Below, piece by piece: positions 27,730-37,667 of a DNA stretch of 51,566 nucleotides. The stretch is from assembly GCA_031551405.1 (NCBI GenBank), contig JAVBNQ010000009.1, positions 1 through 51,566 of the forward strand, given 5' to 3'. The notes under the pieces are model-generated. The model did not search any database. It was not told the origin of the DNA and worked only from the letters and a program-made list of their open reading frames with translations. A program made the position numbers and the translations under genes. Origin of the DNA: a bacterium (GTDB lineage: Bacteria > RUG730). Positions within the stretch are counted from its first letter, which is position 1, and every line of letters begins with the position of its first letter.

Positions 27730-28470
27730 TTAGTACAAGATTCCTAAATTTTCTTTTTTCGTCCAGCCTTTTAACTTTTTGTCTTCTATAAAAATATTCA
27801 CCCAATCGTTATTTTCATCCTCAATCACAACTTTTTTCCCCTCAGGCAATAAAAACAAAGCCTGGCTGCTTTGATTTGGACTTGAATAGACAGGAATTTC
27901 ACTCGAAATGCAAACGCCGATTTTGAATTTATACCCGCTTTCATAAACAAAAAAAATCCAGACGCTTGTGAGAATTAATAAAATCAACGAATAAGTTCTC
28001 ATCGAAATTAAAAGTTTCCGTCTCCAAAAAAGTAGTAGACTGCAGCTTAAAAATAAAATGGCATAAAAAAACGTAAAACCGTAAAAAAGTTCGTTCAATG
28101 AAAAAAAATTCGTTATATTTTCGATAAATTCAGATTTTTGATTTGTCTTGAGAAGAAGTAATTTTCTATTGTATAAAATATCGCTGTCTCGTGGAGAAAA
28201 CTTGTACGCTTTTTCGCTGTAGAGCACGGCAAAACCGATTTTATTTAATTTGTAATACGTATTGCTCAAGTTGAAAAACAATTCTTTTGAGACTAAACCT
28301 TGCGCTTCTAAATCCTGATAAATCGAGAGAGATTTTGCATAATCCCCCCTGAAATAAGCAGTATTTGCAGATTGAAAATAAGAATTTATCGAAATTTTTT
28401 TCTGAGCTGCAAAACAAAAATTAATGCATAAAAACAAAATTATAAAAAATAAACAATTTTTTTTAGACAT
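27730..28470 (-). CDS. BatE-like TPR + transmembrane + SH3 protein
   Basis: Signal peptide; TPR (FQSANTAYFRGDY, LFFNLSNTYYK, EKA...PRDSDILYN); two TM helices; SH3-like LPEGKKV...W...GW; directly downstream of batD-like gene. Confidence 0.8.
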   Translation of the reverse strand: MSKKNCLFFIILFLCINFCFAAQKKISINSYFQSANTAYFRGDYAKSLSIYQDLEAQGLVSKELFFNLSNTYYKLNKIGFAVLYSEKAYKFSPRDSDILYNRKLLLLKTNQKSEFIENITNFFSLNELFYGFTFFYAILFLSCSLLLFWRRKLLISMRTYSLILLILTSVWIFFVYESGYKFKIGVCISSEIPVYSSPNQSSQALFLLPEGKKVVIEDENNDWVNIFIEDKKLKGWTKKENLGILY

Positions 28471-28482
28471 AATTTTGAATTT

Positions 28483-30315
28483 TCACTCCAGATTTCGTAT
28501 GCTATTTTTCAAAGTCTGTACCAAATTTTCACGATCTTTTGCTTCGAGTTTTTTGTTCGCAAACTTTATAAACTCCAATTCCATCCAAATTCTCTCATAA
28601 TTTTCAATTTTATTTTGGCTGATTTTTTTAGTTTGTAAAATCTGCTTTAATTCGCTTAAAGAGAAAATCTTTTGTTTTATCTCAAATTTATCTCGCAAAA
28701 ACTCAACAAAAATAGAATTTAATTCTATGATAAAATTTTCGGTTGCAGAATTTTTCTCGAGTTTTTCTAATTTTTGTAGAGCTAGAGAATCTGCTCTTTT
28801 TAACGAAATTTGAACTTTGTTTTTTGAGATGTAATTTATGTAAAATTTTAATAAAAGCAAAAGCAAAAATATCGACGGAAAAAACAAAAGCAAAATAAGA
28901 AAAATCGTGGACTTATAAAACAAAAGTTGTTGATATTTGAGATTTTCTTTCGTCTTTATAAATCGGATATCGCTGTTAATTATTTTGATGTCATTGTTCA
29001 AAAAATCTTGATTTTGCAATTGATTTTGCGCTGAAACTTGAAATGGATCTGCATTTTTTGCGACTTTTATAACTCCAAAATTTTTTTTATTTACCACGTA
29101 TTTTTTAGTTTGATAATTAAAAAAAGAAAACTCGAGTTCCGGCATTTTCAAATCTCCAGGCACGAGTGGAACTAAAACAATTTTAAAATTTTTCGAACCT
29201 TTCAGCCCGTAATTATCTCTGGAAATATTATTTTTTGAAACAGTATCGTACTTCTTAAAATTCACAAAGTCAGATAAACTAGGTTCGTTTATGGTATTAA
29301 TATTTCCTCGGCCAGAGATTGTTACGTCGAGTGTAATTGTTTCGCCTGTTTTATAATCAGATTCAGGAAGAATTTTCACGTCCATCTTATAATCGCCAAC
29401 TGCGCCTTTAAAACTGTCAGGCTTACCGTCGGCAGGCAAAGGTTTGACCGTAATGTCTATAGGGTCTGTCTCAAGATTCATTCTCCGTGCTCTCGAACCA
29501 AAAGAAATTCCCCAGAAATCATCGGACTCAATAGGTTCTTCGACTACACACTCAAGGCGAGTTGAGCCGATTTGTTGCGCACCTGGCAATGTTGGATACA
29601 AAATTGTCTTTTTGTCGAGCATATAATACAATGTTTCGTTATAATTTACTTTTTGTGCTTCGTTTCGTTCAGGAGCATCTTCTTTCCAAAAACTGTTTGT
29701 CTCCGGCGCCTTATAAATCGGCTGCTCTAGAAATGCAACGCGGCTGTAAACTTTAAAAGTCAAAATAATCGGTTCATTGATAAAAACTGATTTTTTATTG
29801 ATTTCGTTTTCGACAAAAATGTTTTTATTACCACGTTTAGAAATTTTATTTTGGGACTGTGAATTAGAAGGCGGTGTAGCAAAATTTTTGCTGGATTGTG
29901 AAATATTTTGTTTTTGCGGGGTTTCTGGATTTTGCCTTGCACTAAAACTTACGCTATTCGTACGATAAGTTTTGCCTTGATAATCTATCTCAATTTCCGG
30001 AATAGAAAAATTACCTTCTCTGCTCGGAACGATTATGTAATTGAACAAAAAATTCGACGACGTTTGCCCATTAACAACACTAATTCTAGTGCTAGTGCCG
30101 GATCCATACGTAATCACTCCATCAATGGCAGGTATGTTTGGTGCAGAAAGTCTCGTGGTGCCACTTACTTTTATGGTGTACATTAAACGTGAGCCTACTG
30201 CAATTTCTGTGTCACTTATTGAAGCCTCTACGAGAATGTCGTCGCAAAATAAAATCGATAAATTCAAAAAGATTGAGGAGATTAAAAATAAAATTTTAAG
30301 AGTTTTTTTAAACAT
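28483..30315 (-). CDS. BatD family protein
   Basis: Signal peptide; STRISVVNG, PSREGNFSIP, VKPLP...FKGAVG, ISGRGN, FSFFN; C-terminal TM helix. Start moved to ATG 30315. Confidence 0.85.
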   Translation of the reverse strand: MFKKTLKILFLISSIFLNLSILFCDDILVEASISDTEIAVGSRLMYTIKVSGTTRLSAPNIPAIDGVITYGSGTSTRISVVNGQTSSNFLFNYIIVPSREGNFSIPEIEIDYQGKTYRTNSVSFSARQNPETPQKQNISQSSKNFATPPSNSQSQNKISKRGNKNIFVENEINKKSVFINEPIILTFKVYSRVAFLEQPIYKAPETNSFWKEDAPERNEAQKVNYNETLYYMLDKKTILYPTLPGAQQIGSTRLECVVEEPIESDDFWGISFGSRARRMNLETDPIDITVKPLPADGKPDSFKGAVGDYKMDVKILPESDYKTGETITLDVTISGRGNINTINEPSLSDFVNFKKYDTVSKNNISRDNYGLKGSKNFKIVLVPLVPGDLKMPELEFSFFNYQTKKYVVNKKNFGVIKVAKNADPFQVSAQNQLQNQDFLNNDIKIINSDIRFIKTKENLKYQQLLFYKSTIFLILLLFFPSIFLLLLLLKFYINYISKNKVQISLKRADSLALQKLEKLEKNSATENFIIELNSIFVEFLRDKFEIKQKIFSLSELKQILQTKKISQNKIENYERIWMELEFIKFANKKLEAKDRENLVQTLKNSIRNLE

Positions 30316-30505
30316 AAATTTTTTGTTAGATGTTAAAGTTAATAAAAGTTTATTTATCAATTTTTGATGATAAAAAAAATTTTTCGTTTTTTCTCTAAAA
30401 ATTGTGTAATTTTTTAAAGTGCCCTTTTATGAGCAAAGAGAGACAAAAAGCGTTAAAATAGCTTTTGATTTTTCTACATTTAAAAATTGATTTGGCAATT
30501 TTTCG

Positions 30506-30915
30506 AAAACCCTTCGTGAGTGAAAGTGAGTAAAATTTTCAAAAAATCGTTTGAAATTTCTAAACTTGTTTGAGCCCCTTTTTGGGCTGCGAGTCTCTTT
30601 AGAAATTTAGATTTTAGAAAATTTTTCCCCTATCTCTGAGGTACAGCAGACTAGCCTTTTTTGTTTATTTTTTGGGCAATGCCAAAAAAGAAAATAAAGA
30701 TTTGTCCAAACTTTTATTTTTCGAAATCCGCAGGCTTTGCCGAAAATGAAAATTTTTAGCTTTATTTTTTTCTCAGAATAACTCAAAGAAAAAAACAAAA
30801 CCAAAATCCCTCGTTTTTTGCTCAAAAATTCGTTTTTTCGTCTCAAGTCCACACGTTTTTTTGCTTCGAAAAATTTTTTGTCGACTTGAAGAGAACTTTA
30901 TTAGGTCTCAGCCTC
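30506..30915 (-). repeat. Dispersed structured intergenic element, copy C (inverted relative to A and B)
   Basis: Reverse complement begins gaggctgagacctaataaagttctcttcaagtcgacaaaaaa; stem-loop/pseudoknot module at 30652-30697; long-hairpin core at 30506-30634 nearly identical to copy A. Confidence 0.85.
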
Positions 30916-30944
30916 AAAAATATTGTTTCAAAACAATCGTTTAT

Positions 30945-31178
30945 CTACTGTTGGATTTCCTTATCAATCGCTTCCTTATCAAAACCTACGATTATTTTCC
31001 CGTCAATATCTAAAACCGGAATCCCCATTTGCTTAGATTTGTCTTTCATCTCACGAAAAAATTCTGCATTATTTGAAACATCTTTTTCTTCAAAATTTAA
31101 ATTCTTACTCGTTAAATAATTTTTTGCCATACCGCAGTATTGACAACTTTTTGACGTGTAGATTATAATTTTTTTCAT
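30945..31178 (-). CDS. Glutaredoxin-like protein (NrdH/YruB type)
   Basis: IYTSKSCQYC, EEKDVS, QMGIPVLDIDGKIIVGFD; GAGGAG SD. Confidence 0.92.
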   Translation of the reverse strand: MKKIIIYTSKSCQYCGMAKNYLTSKNLNFEEKDVSNNAEFFREMKDKSKQMGIPVLDIDGKIIVGFDKEAIDKEIQQ

Positions 31179-31211
31179 AATGTCTCCTCGGCTGTTTTTT
31201 CAAGAAAAAAA

Positions 31212-31283
31212 CTGCCCAGCCAGGACTCGAACCTGGAAAATGAGAACCAGAATCTCACGTGTTACCAATTACACTACCGGGCA
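31212..31283 (-). tRNA. tRNA-Gln(CTG)
   Basis: Reverse complement TGCCCGGTAGTGTAATTGGTAACACGTGAGATTCTGGTTCTCATTTTCCAGGTTCGAGTCCTGGCTGGGCAG; U1-A72; CCA not encoded. Confidence 0.96.
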
Positions 31284-31294
31284 TTTTTATAAAT

Positions 31295-32914
31295 TTAATA
31301 TTTCTTTTTTGCTAAATCGACTCGAATTCTACAGTCTTTTATGCTCTTGTTTTTCATAAGCCGCATCACGTCTTTTACGCTTTCGTTTGGAACCTCGACA
31401 AAACTGAAAAAATCAAAAATCGCGACTTTCCCGATAGATTTTCGGTTAACGCCGGTCTCCGTAGCAATACTACCTATTAAGTCAAGAGCTGTAATTTTGT
31501 TTTGCCTTCCGATGTTTATAAATAGTTTTGTTAATTTTGATTTGTCGCCGGTAAAACTTGTTGAACCTCTCTCAAAACTCGAGCTCAAATTCTCATCAAT
31601 ATCTTTGATTGATTCAAGTTTTTTGTGAAGCAAAATTTTGAGTAACGCTCCTGACACTTCAAGTGAACTATAATCCTGCGCCATCAAATGCTCGACCATG
31701 TTGATATACTTTTCCAAACCTTCCGTGTCAGTTAAAACTTTTTTGACTTTCTCGAAAAATTTCGTAACTTTCGCGCCCTCGACGTCTTTTCGAGCAGGTA
31801 TTTTGGAACGTTCGATGTCCATTTTTGCATAGCGCTGAATATCTCGCAATTTGTAAACATCTCGTCCAGCGACAAAAGTATATGAACAACCGGATTTTCC
31901 GGCTCGTCCCGTACGACCGATTCTGTGAACATAATATTCCTGATCTTGAGGTACGTCGTAGTTGAAAACTGCTTCTACATCGTCTATATCCAATCCCCTC
32001 GCAGCAACGTCTGTTGCAACCAAGATCTCAATCGCATTATTTCGAAATTTATTCATGACTTGGTCACGTTTACTTTGGGTCATGTCGCCGTGGATAGCAT
32101 CCGCAAAATAACCTCTCGCCTGTAAATTCGCTACAACTTCATCGACTTTTTTCTTTGTATTACAAAAAATCATAGACAATTTTGTGTCATTTATATCGAT
32201 GATTCGAGATAATAACTCGAGCTTATCCGCCTCTTTTACCTCATAATAATATTGCTTAATCTTTGGAACAGCCAACTTATTCTCATAATCAACTCGCAAA
32301 AATTTTGGATCTTTTTGATATCGTTTCGTCAGAGAAATAAATTGACTCGAAGCAGTCGCTGAAAAAAACACTGTCTGTCTTTCACTAGGAACATGCTGCA
32401 AAATTTGTTCGATATCCTCGATAAAGCCCATATTCAACATTTCGTCGGCTTCGTCTAGTACAACCATTTTTATATTGTTTAATTTCAAAGTTCCTCGATC
32501 AATGTGATCTATTACTCGTCCCGGCGTTCCGATCACAATTTGCGCGCCTTTTTTTAGTCCATAAATTTGTCGTTCTATCGGCTGTCCTCCATAAACAGGC
32601 AAAATCGAAATATGCCGTTTATACTTTGCAAAGCTTTTAATTTCTTCTGCGATTTGCACAGCCAATTCTCTCGTGGGCGCCAAAACCAAAAACTGAACGT
32701 TTAGATTATTCGCGTCCATCATCTCGATCATCGGAAGTCCGAATGCACCGGTTTTGCCTGTTCCTGTGTGCGCTTGTCCGATTATGTCAAGACCTTTCAT
32801 AATCTCGGGGATCGCCAAAGATTGTATCGGTGTAGCTTCCTCGAAGCCCATATCGGCAACAGCCTTTAAAGTTTCTTGCGATAAGTTAAGATCGCTAAAT
32901 AAAAATTTTTCCAT
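31295..32914 (-). CDS. DEAD-box RNA helicase (DeaD/CshA type) with C-terminal DbpA RNA-binding domain
   Basis: Q motif, AHTGTGKT, PTRELA, TPGR, DEAD, SAT, ARGLD, HRIGRTGRAG, LFINIGR. Confidence 0.96.
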   Translation of the reverse strand: MEKFLFSDLNLSQETLKAVADMGFEEATPIQSLAIPEIMKGLDIIGQAHTGTGKTGAFGLPMIEMMDANNLNVQFLVLAPTRELAVQIAEEIKSFAKYKRHISILPVYGGQPIERQIYGLKKGAQIVIGTPGRVIDHIDRGTLKLNNIKMVVLDEADEMLNMGFIEDIEQILQHVPSERQTVFFSATASSQFISLTKRYQKDPKFLRVDYENKLAVPKIKQYYYEVKEADKLELLSRIIDINDTKLSMIFCNTKKKVDEVVANLQARGYFADAIHGDMTQSKRDQVMNKFRNNAIEILVATDVAARGLDIDDVEAVFNYDVPQDQEYYVHRIGRTGRAGKSGCSYTFVAGRDVYKLRDIQRYAKMDIERSKIPARKDVEGAKVTKFFEKVKKVLTDTEGLEKYINMVEHLMAQDYSSLEVSGALLKILLHKKLESIKDIDENLSSSFERGSTSFTGDKSKLTKLFINIGRQNKITALDLIGSIATETGVNRKSIGKVAIFDFFSFVEVPNESVKDVMRLMKNKSIKDCRIRVDLAKKKY

Positions 32915-33068
32915 AAATTTGTAAAACCTCGTTATTTTTTATATTTGCTTTTTTTTGTTGAATGAAGAATTTTAAGAAAGGCGGTTTAGATTTGAATTAC
33001 GAAAAGTGAAGATTTTTATGAATTTTGAACGATTTCCCAACTTTCTTGCTTCAATTTTAAAGAAAATT

Positions 33069-33098
33069 ATAGTAGCATTTTTTTTATGATATAGTCAA
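33069..33098 (-). promoter_or_regulatory. Putative extended -10 sigma70 promoter for the helicase/tRNA-Gln/glutaredoxin unit
   Basis: TTGACT-18 nt-TACTAT with TGn just upstream of the -10 box; implies a ~150-nt 5' leader. Confidence 0.5.
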
Positions 33099-33199
33099 TT
33101 GTAAAAATTTTTATGCAATTAAAATACTAGAAATTTTTTGAGTTTATAGATATAATGCTTTTTCAAAAAATAATCTCATCTAGGAGACCTATATTTTTT

Positions 33200-36100
33200 A
33201 TGAGTCAAAAATTAGTCTTATTTAGCTTTTTATTTGCCTTTTTTTTGGGTAGTTTTGCATTCGCTACTTCAGTCGGCCAAGGCTCATATAGCGACGTTCT
33301 TCAATCCGGCAGTTTCCAGGGCGTAGTTTACAAAACATCTGAGCTTTCTACAACTCCAACGCCAACAAACGATTGGTGGACTTCTCTTTTGTTCGATCAG
33401 TTTTCCAGAGAAATGTACGCTTTCCCACTCTGCCACAAAGCCGATAATGACGGACTCACGATTGGGACCCCTAATTACGTAACCGCCGGAACAACTCACG
33501 TAACAGCTAATTTTCAAGCTCACCTCAAAATGCGCGCTTTTCTAGGAACTACAAAAACTAATTTAATTTCGCAAGACGTAAGAGTTTCGAGTTTCACAGA
33601 TTGGAGTGTGACTTCTAGATGGACGCATAACAATAATTCTGCTCAATCTTTTGAAGCAACCATAGGTCAAGGTTTTGTTTTTACTTATTTCAAATTTTTT
33701 GGAGATATTAAACCTGAGATAGTCTTACCGAGAGATTGGGGAACCGGAGCGTTTTATATTTACAATCACGATGATAATTTTACGGCTCACAAAGGGACTG
33801 ATACGGCGCATCCGGTTTATGGAAACGTTAGAAAGATTATCACGGATAGAATCGCTATTGAAGCCGCTATGGATTGCGACGGAAACGCTGGGACCTGGGA
33901 AAAAAATTATTACGGCGTGTTCTTGCCTGCCGGAACAACGGTTTATTTTGCGGATTATGATGGAGGGCAATATGGCTATCACAGGATTATTTTTGAATTG
34001 CCTGCCGGGAAAAATTTTATATCAGTAGGCGCAATGTTCAAATTAGCCGATGTCAACACTTGGAAAGATTATGCCTACAATTTTATTACCGACACGAAAG
34101 TATCATGGAATGTTAGCAGTTCTAACAACGATATTACGTCTACTTATCAAGTCACGACAGACAATATAAATACGACAACCTTAAACGACGGTGGAGACAC
34201 TTTGATCGCGCTTTTTCCGCATCAATATCGAACTAATACAATCATTTTCATGACCGATCAGTTTACGACTTTACGGGGAAGAATGAAAATTTTGAAAGGG
34301 AAAAGTTTTCAAACAAAACTTCCCTTTTATGGAATAGTCCCAAGTTTTGGAGACAACGGCTCGTACAATAAAACGACGTTGCAGCAATACATTAATGACG
34401 ACAAAGCTGGCCTAAATCTTTCTGACTCTAATCTGTATTACGTCGGCAAAAACGCAAACAGAATAGTCAATCTAATTATGCTCTGCGATAAGCTCGGCGA
34501 TACTACAAACAAAGCCTATTTTTTAGATAAGTTAAAAACTTCTCTTGTTGATTGGTTTACATCAGGGAGTAAAACTTCAAACTTTTTTTATTATCACAGC
34601 GCATTAAATTCTCTGATGGCATTCCCTCACAACTATGGCTCTGAATATCTTAATGACCACAACTATCACTACGGTTATGTAGTCTATGCTGCCGCTATTT
34701 TAGCTTTTTACGATCAAGCTTTCAGAAATGATTACAAAGAGTTTATAGAACTTTTGATCAAAGATTTTGCTTGCCCATCACGAAATGATGCCAAATTCCC
34801 ATTTCTACGTAGTTTCAGTCCGTACGAAGGGCACAGCTTTCAAAACGGACTTGCTGTGGGTTTAGAAGGGAACCCTGCGCGAATTGAAGGGAATGACATA
34901 GAATCTTCGTCAGAGGCTATGAATTCTTGGGCAGCTATTTATTTGTGGGGACTCATAACTGGAAATGACGAGTATACTAAGCTTGGAATGTGGGGATATA
35001 CTACCGAATATTCGGCTATCCAAAACTATTTTTACGACATCTATAATGATATTTATCCTTCCCAATATGACAAAACCTCGATTGGAATTTTATTCGGGAA
35101 CAAAGTGATTTATGACACTTGGTTCACTCAGTCTGCCGCAGATCGACCTGAGAACGTCTACGGAATTCAGATGCTTCCTATAAATCCAATGTCCTTGTAC
35201 TTAGCTTATGACCAAACTTTTATGCAAAATAATTATGAATCTTTTTATTTCCAAAATGGCAACAAATCCGCTGATGTCTGGAAGGATATATTTCTGCAAT
35301 ATCAAGTGATGTACGACTCCCAAACAGCGATTTCAAATTATAATCCAGTCAGTATCTCTAATTACGAAAGCGCTTCTAAAGCTTTTTTATACTACTGGTT
35401 GTACTCATTCGAAAAGCTTGGAAAATTAAAGCAAGACCTTGTCTCAGACTATCCGGGATATTCGATATTTTTGAATCAAGCGACCGGAACTACGACGTAC
35501 ATAGTTTTCAATCCATCTAATCAAACTAAAAGGATTGATTTCAAAAACAGAAGCAACAACGCATCACGTGGCTTTTTAATAGTTCCAGCCAACTCGATTT
35601 ATTCTGCAAATTCTTTCTCGAGTGCTACTGATTTCACGCCGCCTCCAAAAATCACGAACATTTACAATGGACTAAATATCGGGTACGACGTACGATTTTC
35701 TAGCAATTTAGTTTTGGCGGCAAACTGGGTAGCCTCGAATGATCCTGACTCGGGAATTATGGCTTACAGATATTGTGTCGGAACATCGCAAGGTGGGAGA
35801 GATGTTTGTGATTGGGTTGAAGTGCCAGCTAGTACAACTTCTGCCGTTCTGAATTATCAAAATATTCAAACCGGGAAGAAATATTATTTCGCTGTAATCG
35901 CTGTCAACGGTGCCGGATTAACTAGCGAATTAGCTTTTTCGAACAGTATTATCTTTGACACAACGCCTCCGGAGGCTCCATTAGAAGTTTATGATGGAGA
36001 AGTTTTTTGGGTAGATCAGACTACACAAAAGCAAAACACCTACATTGCAGCCAATTGGAAACCTGCTAATGACGCAGAATCAGGAATTGCAAAATACTGG

Positions 36101-37657
36101 TATGCAATCGGAACTTCTCCGGGAGCAACTGACGTAAAAAACTGGACTTCTACATCCCTTACTAGTTTTAAAGAAAATTTAACGGTTTTAGACAACACGA
36201 CGTACTACACAAGTGTAAAAGCTGAAAATAATGTAGGGTTATTTTCTGGTGTTACGACGTCAAATGGAATCAGTGTTGATATTAATAAACCGCAACTAAT
36301 TATGCTTAATGACGGAATCAGCCCAAAAGGCGATCTTGATTTCACCAACAGCACAGATACATTGAAAGCTGTTTGGGAGTATGACTCTGCGATAAAATAT
36401 TATTTTGCCGTCAGCTCAAACAGTGCTGCTCAGATTCAAGATTTGACTTGGAACGAGACAACTAATTATTTCATGGAAAAAACTGGGTTAACTCTCTTGA
36501 ATGCTACGACGTATTACACGTATGTTCGTGCTGAAAATTCAACCGGTGGAGTTTCTAATCCGGCGCGAAGTAACGGAATTTTTGTTTATTACCAAAAACC
36601 AACTGCCAAAATTTATTTAAATCAGCAAGAACCGCTTCCGAATGGAATTTTTAATGTTTCTTTGGAAATCATAAGCGGAATCAGCACAAAAAAACCAAAT
36701 CTTTATTATCGATACGAAAATACAACCGACTATATCAAAATTTTGCTAAATGGAATGGACAAAGTTTGGTATGGAGACGGATTTGTGGATTTCAATTCAA
36801 ATGCAAAATCTATTATTTTTAAAATAGATGTTGAGGATGTAGCTGAAAATATCGGCTCAGAACTCTCTAAATCCACGTTTACAATTAATATTTTGCTCGA
36901 CTTTAACAAAGACGTTACGCTGGTGTCACAAGATGGAACAGAAGTCTTTATACCAAAAGGAACCTTCAAGAACAAATTTTCTGTCTCGATTGAAGAGAAA
37001 CAACCAAAAGATGCGCCAATAAGTTATGCGAATGCGGTGATAAAAAACATTAATTCAAAAAATTTTGCGGACAATAATGCGCTTTACAGAAAGTTCGCAT
37101 TATTTGACCAAGATGGAACAGCAATCAAAAATTTTGATAAAGAAATCACGATCCGCTTACCGTACAAAGACGCAAATGGCGATCGAATGATTGACGGGTC
37201 CAACAATGTTAGCGTAGAAAGCTTAGCGATTTTTTACCTGAACGAATTCTCTAACATCTGGGAAAGGCTACCCGTTACGGAAATTGATTATTTCAAAAAA
37301 CTTTTGATCACAAAAGTTTCGCATTTTTCGATTTATGGAATTTTGCTCGCAAATAATATTTCAGATTTAAGCGAGTTCAAAATTTATCCAAATCCGTTTT
37401 ACGTCAAGAAACACACAAATGTCAAAATCGATGGTTTGCCGAACACTTCCAAGAATCTCGACGTATACATTTACGATATCACCGGGAAAATGCTAAAACG
37501 TTTTTACAAAAAAGATTTGATTATGGATTACAATGGAAATTATATTTCATGGAATGGCCTTTCCAAAAAAGGCGACAAACTGGCTTCCGGAGTTTACATA
37601 GTTTTGGTGAAAACTGAAGACGACACAAAAAAAGAAAAAATGGCTTTAATTTGGTAA
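33200..37657 (+). CDS. Secreted GH81 endo-1,3-beta-glucanase with Fn3-like repeats and C-terminal FlgD-Ig/T9SS-like tail
   Basis: Signal peptide; PTNDWWTSL, LNDHNYHYGY, RSFSPYEGHS, ESSSEAMN (GH81 catalytic Glu motif); about three repeats of TPP..DG..ANW..D.ESGI..Y..GTS.G; KIYPNPF...WNG...LASGVYIV tail. Start at 33200 follows AGGAGA (ORF track gives 33155). Confidence 0.88.
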   Translation: MSQKLVLFSFLFAFFLGSFAFATSVGQGSYSDVLQSGSFQGVVYKTSELSTTPTPTNDWWTSLLFDQFSREMYAFPLCHKADNDGLTIGTPNYVTAGTTHVTANFQAHLKMRAFLGTTKTNLISQDVRVSSFTDWSVTSRWTHNNNSAQSFEATIGQGFVFTYFKFFGDIKPEIVLPRDWGTGAFYIYNHDDNFTAHKGTDTAHPVYGNVRKIITDRIAIEAAMDCDGNAGTWEKNYYGVFLPAGTTVYFADYDGGQYGYHRIIFELPAGKNFISVGAMFKLADVNTWKDYAYNFITDTKVSWNVSSSNNDITSTYQVTTDNINTTTLNDGGDTLIALFPHQYRTNTIIFMTDQFTTLRGRMKILKGKSFQTKLPFYGIVPSFGDNGSYNKTTLQQYINDDKAGLNLSDSNLYYVGKNANRIVNLIMLCDKLGDTTNKAYFLDKLKTSLVDWFTSGSKTSNFFYYHSALNSLMAFPHNYGSEYLNDHNYHYGYVVYAAAILAFYDQAFRNDYKEFIELLIKDFACPSRNDAKFPFLRSFSPYEGHSFQNGLAVGLEGNPARIEGNDIESSSEAMNSWAAIYLWGLITGNDEYTKLGMWGYTTEYSAIQNYFYDIYNDIYPSQYDKTSIGILFGNKVIYDTWFTQSAADRPENVYGIQMLPINPMSLYLAYDQTFMQNNYESFYFQNGNKSADVWKDIFLQYQVMYDSQTAISNYNPVSISNYESASKAFLYYWLYSFEKLGKLKQDLVSDYPGYSIFLNQATGTTTYIVFNPSNQTKRIDFKNRSNNASRGFLIVPANSIYSANSFSSATDFTPPPKITNIYNGLNIGYDVRFSSNLVLAANWVASNDPDSGIMAYRYCVGTSQGGRDVCDWVEVPASTTSAVLNYQNIQTGKKYYFAVIAVNGAGLTSELAFSNSIIFDTTPPEAPLEVYDGEVFWVDQTTQKQNTYIAANWKPANDAESGIAKYWYAIGTSPGATDVKNWTSTSLTSFKENLTVLDNTTYYTSVKAENNVGLFSGVTTSNGISVDINKPQLIMLNDGISPKGDLDFTNSTDTLKAVWEYDSAIKYYFAVSSNSAAQIQDLTWNETTNYFMEKTGLTLLNATTYYTYVRAENSTGGVSNPARSNGIFVYYQKPTAKIYLNQQEPLPNGIFNVSLEIISGISTKKPNLYYRYENTTDYIKILLNGMDKVWYGDGFVDFNSNAKSIIFKIDVEDVAENIGSELSKSTFTINILLDFNKDVTLVSQDGTEVFIPKGTFKNKFSVSIEEKQPKDAPISYANAVIKNINSKNFADNNALYRKFALFDQDGTAIKNFDKEITIRLPYKDANGDRMIDGSNNVSVESLAIFYLNEFSNIWERLPVTEIDYFKKLLITKVSHFSIYGILLANNISDLSEFKIYPNPFYVKKHTNVKIDGLPNTSKNLDVYIYDITGKMLKRFYKKDLIMDYNGNYISWNGLSKKGDKLASGVYIVLVKTEDDTKKEKMALIW

Positions 37658-37667
37658 ACTAACGTAA

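Noticed and set aside
30607-31119. Short ORFs 30607-30852 (-) and 30886-31119 (+)
   Set aside because: They lie in repeat copy C or antisense to glutaredoxin, and are not conserved between repeat copies
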